Below, piece after piece: positions 57,041 to 64,000 of a stretch of DNA of 64,000 nt. A program made the translations under genes and the position numbers. Source of the stretch: Octopus vulgaris (Eukaryota); assembly GCA_951406725.2 (NCBI GenBank), contig OX597815.1:88846001-88910000 (forward strand). The letters are read 5' to 3'. The notes under the pieces were generated by a model, which was not told the origin of the DNA, did no database searches, and saw nothing but the letters and a program-made list of their open reading frames with translations. How positions within the stretch are numbered: the first letter of the stretch is position 1; every line of letters starts with the position of its first letter.

Positions 57041-58535
57041 AACAAAATCTTAAGAAGCCTTTCAGGATGTGTTTCAGTGAAAGGAAATTCTATTTGATCA
57101 TTTCTTTTTATTGCAAAGCTTCTCTTTGAAAATCGTTTTGCGCAGAAATATATTATTGAGATGAATATTTTCAACAATAGAATTATTTTAGTATCTTTCA
57201 ATAACAAAATTAAGTTGCAATCATCAATTTATAATCTATAATTTATAATCTAATAAAAATAATCCTATTTGCAGCCAAAACGTATGGTATTAGAAACAAC
57301 GAAAAAAAAAAAATGAAAATGAAAATATGGTTCACATTTATATGGTTTTACTGCAGACGTCCTTTTGAGGTTTTAGCACCTTTTCCTTCAAATGTTGTAT
57401 AAATATCTTGACAGACAAAAATTCTGTTTCTCTCATATCAGCTCAAGCAGTTGTTAACTGACACCATGCTATGCAAGGCAGTATTGCTAGAAATGTAGCA
57501 GTGGTAAATCTAAACCCCAAGATTTCAATGAGGCCAGAAGATTTATTATAAGAACATAGGATTAAAAGTTTCAAAAGAATGACATCATATTAATAGTATA
57601 GTAACCTAATATACATTAAACTACATTAGAGAAACCTGAACATAAATAGTTACGCTATATGATGCTATCAAAATACATAATGGTAGGTTGATTATTTTAG
57701 ATTATAATGGATGATAATCTATGAAACAATTTCTACATGGACACGTTATCGAATCTGGCAGACCATGTAACATTGTTATTGCCCAGTTTTTGATATTTAT
57801 AGGAATATAGACTAAGCAAGACGACGTAAATAGAATACTATGGGTTGCTATTCTTAGACCTACAGTAATTGATTATAATCTCTTATTTTGTTACAGTCGC
57901 AAAATCTCTTTTAAAGTGCTTGATTGAAAACAATGAAAATATTTTGAATCTACATTGATATTTGATATTCAAAAACTCGGATAATTATGTTGAATGATAT
58001 CTAGAATAAATCACTTATTAACTCAATGTCATACATCATCATAAAACATTCGAAACTCATTACCATACAATACATTCATCGCTTAGCGACTATAGCGGTA
58101 GAATCAGCTAAGGTACTTAATTGCTAGTTTCATTCTGTTTTTGACCAGTATAAAGTTGCAGTCAACCTACCTCAGCCAGTCTTTCACCCCTTCCTAAAAC
58201 TCAGAGCTACATGTTTTAGTCCTTAAAAAGGTAAAACGATGCACACTGCAGGGACAGTGCCCATGAATTTCACAAACGCTCCAATACCGGTATAACTTAC
58301 GTTGTTAACATTCCACTTAAACTGTTGCAAGTCGCGACACTTATGAAAGAAATTAGCAGAGAGAGAATTCCAGTGAGGAAATCGGTGCCCTGGGAACGAA
58401 AGACCGTGCTTGTTGGGGATAGAAATGACTTCGATGATTAGAGCAGAAGTGCCCGAGTGGAGGTAGTATGGAAGCATAGATGCACACAGACACATACATG
58501 CACGCGCATACACGTACAAGAATGCACACATACCT

Positions 58536-58762
58536 ATTTCTTTATTACCCACAAGGGGCTGAACATAGAGGGGACAAACATGGACAGACATAGGTATTAA
58601 GTCGATTATATCGACCCCAGTGCTTAACTGGTACTTAATTTATCGACCCCGAAAGGATGAAAGGCCAAGTCGACCTCGGCGGAATTTGAACTCACAACGT
58701 AACGGCAGACGAAATACCGCTAAGCATTTCGCCCGACGTGCTAACGATTCTGCTAGCTCGCC
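58536..58762 (-). mobile_element. SINE family B, Tx1-tail variant, with TSD
   Basis: Reverse-complement copy; 12-bp TSD GCACACATACCT at 58524-58535 and 58763-58774. Confidence 0.92.
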
Positions 58763-58813
58763 GCACACATACCTCCGCACATACAACCCCACGTGCACAC
58801 ATACATATGCACA

Positions 58814-58854
<41 letters not shown>

Positions 58855-59219
58855 ACACACGCACACACATATGTACACACGCACACACATACACACACAT
58901 GCACATGAATGCACACATACCTCCCACACACACAACAGGCACTCATACATACACGCACACACTTACACATACACGGACACATGCACACAAGCACATGCAC
59001 GCGAACACACACACGCACGCACGAACACAGGAACGCACATATAATTCGACCCGCACAGCCTCACACACAACCCCGCGTACACACATATACGCATGCACAC
59101 ACGCATATACACACACGCACATACACACACGTACATACACGCTCACACACAGACGCATGCACTCACTACACAAAAGACACACACACACACACAACATATA
59201 CATACACGCACACATATAC

Positions 59220-59683
59220 TTCAGACTGCCAGTCAAACACCTTTCTACTGACCATTCCTCTACGCACGTATGAAGAGAAACACAACTACACAAAAGACCA
59301 CCACTCCTGTTACCATGATGCTGAATTCTTCCTACATTAAGTGACACAAAGTTAAGCCAGCACCACACGAACATCACACACACACATACACACACACATA
59401 CAGACTTGCGTGCACACAGATACCCACTCATACGCACACATACCTCCTTCTTTTACACTCTCCTGTCTTTTTCTTCACCCATTCCCTTCCGTTTATTTCA
59501 AAATGTAACAACATTAGCGCCTTTTTTTTCCTCCGTCTTCCTTTTCTAGTGGACTTTCCTCTGCTTCTGAAGAAGTTTTGCTCGAAACGTTAAACCATCT
59601 TTCTTTCCTTCGCTGAGCGTCTGCTAACACTTAACGTACCACGTCCTCACGTTGTTGTTTTTTGTGTTTTTTCGTTTTTTATT

Positions 59684-59690
<7 letters not shown>
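59220..59690 (+). mobile_element. PLE 3' remnant with minimal-hammerhead-like motif
   Basis: CTGAAGA-AGTTTTGCTC-GAAA-C-GTT at 59567-59591, downstream CTGAGCGTCTGCTAA shared with other copies; upstream LPVKHLSTDHS is like a GIY-YIG C-terminus. Confidence 0.55.
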
Positions 59691-59737
<47 letters not shown>

Positions 59738-59886
59738 AGAGTAAATAATTTCTATAAAGGCTTTTAAAAAAAAAACCCAATTATTTACTGGTAGAATTCG
59801 GTATGTAAATATAGCCGATTACCGGCAGGAACTTCTGTAAAGTTCAGTATATATATATTGTATATAAGAAAAAGGGACAGGCAAAC

Positions 59887-59889
<3 letters not shown>

Positions 59890-59933
<44 letters not shown>

Positions 59934-60193
59934 ATATGTGTGTGTATATGTGTGTGTGTGTATATGTGTGTGTGTGTATATATGTGTGTATGTGTATGTA
60001 AGTATGTATATATATGCGTGTGTATGTGTATGTGTATATGTACATATACGTGTACGCTCGTGTGTTTATGTATATGTAGGTACGTAGAGTTATCTATGTG
60101 TGTATGTATTTGTACATGTGTGTAAGTATGTATATATATATATATATGTGTATGTGTGGTGTATATATATATATGTATATGTATGTGTATGTA

Positions 60194-60246
<53 letters not shown>

Positions 60247-60677
60247 GTATATATATATATATGTATATATGTGTATATATATATGTATATATATATATAT
60301 ATATGTGTGTAAGTTTATATGTATGTATCCGTCTATATAATAGGTAACTGCACGTACATATACTTAATATTTATTATTTATTTTTTGAGTATGCATGTAT
60401 GAATAACTGCGCGTATATATATTTTACTATTTACTTATTTTTGAGTATGCATGTAAGTATGAATATAAGGAGGCGCGTGTGTGTGTGTGTATGTGTAAGC
60501 ATAGATATATGTATACTTTTACGCATGTGTGTACTTATGTGTATATATGGATGCGCGCGTGTGTGTGTGTGTATGGGTACTCATGTACATGTGTATGTGT
60601 GTGTATGTGTATATGAGTATGTATGTATGTGTGTGCGTATATTTGTATATGTATGTATGTATATGTGTATGTGTGTG

Positions 60678-60720
<43 letters not shown>

Positions 60721-60955
60721 ATGTGTATGTATGTATATGTATATGCGTATGTGTATGTATTTGTATGTGTATGCATGCGCGTATATATATGTATGTATAT
60801 GTATACGTGTGGGTGTGTGTATGTGTATAAATGTATGTATGTATGGATGTATGGATGTATGTATGTATGTATACGTATGTATGTGTATGTGTGTATATGT
60901 ATGTATGTGTATGTGTGTATATATATGTATATATGTGTATGTGTGTATATGTATG

Positions 60956-60986
<31 letters not shown>

Positions 60987-60987
60987 G

Positions 60988-61031
<44 letters not shown>

Positions 61032-61830
61032 CATGTATGTATTTGTATGTAGGTGTATATGTATGTGTGTGTATTTATATTTATTGGTGTATATGTATAG
61101 ACTAGCCTTCTAAGAGTGTAGACATGAATCTGTAGGTACGCGTACGTATGTGTATATACGTGAATGTATGTAGATGTATGTATGTATGAATATAACGCGT
61201 GCGTGCGTGTATGTGTATGAGTGTACGAATGAGTGAGTGTACGTGCTAAAGAGTGTGCGTGAGTGAATGAGTGCTTGTTTTCCAGTAGACAGTAAAATGG
61301 ACTGGCTGTCATAGCCAAGATGTTTGTGACCAGCGGTCAAAGATAACAAAAGTAATAAATGAAGATAATAAAATTAAAATTAGGGAATGGGTCTGTATTT
61401 GTATGGGTATATATATGTGTGTATGTGTAGGTATGCATAGGTACACATATGTATATATGTATATATATATATGTATGTATATGTATGTGTGTGTATATAT
61501 GTGTGTATGTGTATATATGTGTATATAGGGACTAGTGTGCTGTGTGTGCATGTGTGTGTGTGGATATGTGTGTGTATGCGTGTATGTGAGTATGTGTGTG
61601 TATGTGTATATATATTTTTCTGTGTGTATATGTATGTGTGGTCGTGTGTGTATATATACATGTGTGTATACGTGTATGCATGTGAGTGTGTGTATGTATA
61701 CATATATGTGTATGTGTAGATATGTATATGTATGTGTAAGTGTATATATATGTATATATGTGTGTGTGTATGTATGTGTGTATGTATATGTATATATGTT
61801 TGTATGTGTGTGTATATATGTATACATATG
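59890..61830. repeat. ~2-kb compound (TA)/(TG)/(TATG) low-complexity array
   Basis: Direct reading; interrupted at about 60320-60470 and 61260-61400. Confidence 0.95.
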
Positions 61831-62056
61831 TGCATAGGTATAAGTGAGAATCTCCTTATTTACCTAAAACTCTATTCCCTTTTTTATATATATATTTTTT
61901 TATTTTTTTATTTATTCTTCTATCTAATTTAACACTGACTCCTTGACCACTCCCCAAGTATGATATTTTGCGCTATGCCTACCCCCAAAAAGTCCCCCAC
62001 CAACACCCCTTTAAACCTGCCTAAATGTATAAATGCCAATACAATTCTTGTTAACT

Positions 62057-62107
62057 AGCTTCCTGAAGATTTCTCTTGAATGAAACAGTTCTAGTCCTGT
62101 AGAAGCT
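62057..62107 (+). ncRNA. Type I hammerhead ribozyme motif in a probable PLE terminal repeat
   Basis: Stem I AGCTTC/GAAGCT, core CTGAAGA, stem II TTC-tctt-GAA, GAAA, stem III CAG/CTG, cleavage triplet GTA. Confidence 0.8.
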
Positions 62108-62122
62108 CCTTCTATATAATAA

Positions 62123-62171
<49 letters not shown>

Positions 62172-62176
<5 letters not shown>

Positions 62177-62570
62177 GGAGTGGCTGTGTGGTAAGTCACT
62201 TGCTTACAAACCGCATGGTTCCGGGTTCAGTCCCACTGCGTGGCACCTTGGGCAAGTGTCTTGTGCTATAGCCTCGGGCCGACCAAAGCCTTGTTAGTGG
62301 ATTTGGTAGACGGAAACTGAAAGAAGTCCGTCGGGTATATGTATACATATATGTGTGTGTGTGTTTGCTCCCCCCAACATCGCTTGACAACCGATGCTGG
62401 TGTGTTTACGTCCCCGTAACTTAGCGGTTCGTCCAAAGAGACCGATAGAATAAGTACTAGGCTTACAAAGAATAAGTCCTGGGGTCGATTTTGCTCGACT
62501 AAAGGCGGTGCTCCAGCATGAACACAGTCAAATGATGACTGAAACAAGTAAAAGAGTAAAAGAGGAAGAG
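62172..62570 (+). mobile_element. SINE family A, full length
   Basis: Same structure as 9111-9505; followed by (TCTA)n, (TA)n and (GA)n. Confidence 0.92.
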
Positions 62571-62572
62571 TA

Positions 62573-62684
<112 letters not shown>

Positions 62685-64000
62685 TATTTATATATATATG
62701 GAGAGAGAGAGAGTAGAGAGAGAGAGAGTGAGAGAAATATTAAAGAGACTTTAATGTAGTGACTTGTTCTGGCGTTAAATGGTATTGTCCTTTTTGAAGT
62801 AAGCGAAGATACTTTCGCTCATGGCTTTTGTGTATATAACGTCATGGGCCTGTTGAAGCGAAAAAGCTTATATTTGGAAGAGATTTACTTATTGCGAGCA
62901 GTACGGAGTTGGATGCAAAACAGGCAGTGATAGTTCTGTAATGTGCTGTTCACAGAACCATGACTGTTGAGAAGTAGTGAGGTATAGTTTTCGAATTTAC
63001 TGTAGAGACGATCCGTTGAGAACCGAAGCAATTTCGAGACGAGCAAGTTGGGTTTTCAAAAAGTGAATGAGATCAAATGTGTTTTTGAGTGGTTCTGCAT
63101 CGGTCAAAGGTAGGTATAGGGGTGAAAGAAGTTAATGCACGATGAAGATTGCAAAACATTCGTTTTATACAATAGGCATCAATGTACGATGAGTGTGAGA
63201 GCCACGAAGAGCTGGTAGAATAGAAATCACCGGGGGAGTTGGGTGACAGAAGAGATAGTTGAAGTGAAATGTTGACAGTATCTCCTCATTAATGCTGGTG
63301 GATATTTGGTCGAAGAATTTGAAGAATTTTGGAGAATGATAAAGGAGTCCGGTAAAGAATTTGGTTAGAAGTGTGATTTACCGGTAACAAATTGGAAAAA
63401 AGTTTAATGGAACTAATATTGATCTGTGTCGGAAAAATCATTTAATAAAGCTCGTAACATTCAAGAATTCGTATGTTTCATAAAATAGCTTGTTCGGAAA
63501 ATTTTTCAAATGTCCGGTATCACCAAAGAAGACTTCCGCGCGAAATATCATAAACCCCATTTTTTTATGACATACTAACTTCAAATATACAAACTTTATT
63601 CGAATTTAGGTTAGCTATAGTATAAATTTGTCTAATAACAATATGATACAGAAACATACAGTTCTGAAGTCAATAAGACAGATTCAAAATGAAATAATAA
63701 TAACTATATCTCGATTATTATTATTCCCAGCAGGCGTAGAGAAATACTGTTTCTAGAACAGCAATTTCAACAGGGAAGGCGCGTGCAAAATTGTACTTTA
63801 TAATTAGTAGTATAGACAAACGAATGTGTGAAAAACACAATGATTCATCATTGGTTTATTAAGACAGCTAATGGTACATTTTTCATATAGCCAACGCAAA
63901 AGAGAATTTAGTTGCCGCTACAATCTTTTATTAATTAAAGTAATCGTAGTTTACGACTTGTTTATCTCCGATTTAATTGATCACCATTTGGGCTCCAATA

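Overview
AT-rich, microsatellite-saturated animal DNA. The SINE families and repeat landscape suggest a coleoid cephalopod, probably Octopus (inference). I see no intact protein-coding gene, rRNA, true tRNA or CRISPR array; it reads as intronic or intergenic sequence. Almost all ORF-track entries are translations of (TA)n, (CA)n, (TACA)n or (TCTA)n. The real content is decayed transposons: Tx1/L1-clade LINEs sitting in (TCTA)n, R4/Dong-like LINEs, RTE and CR1-like fragments, Penelope-like elements (PLEs) with hammerhead-ribozyme motifs, a tandem compound Helitron cluster carrying mariner and Pif1 fragments, mariner derivatives, and three tRNA-derived SINE families. The most notable observations are (1) a SINE whose ~42-nt 3' tail matches the 3' end of the microsatellite-associated Tx1 LINE, (2) a complete type I hammerhead fold at 62057-62107 with a palindromic rearranged sibling at 16.8 kb, and (3) the modular Helitron array at 17.0-20.3 kb. 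Family names come from motif recognition only; no database search was run, and degenerate-element boundaries are approximate.
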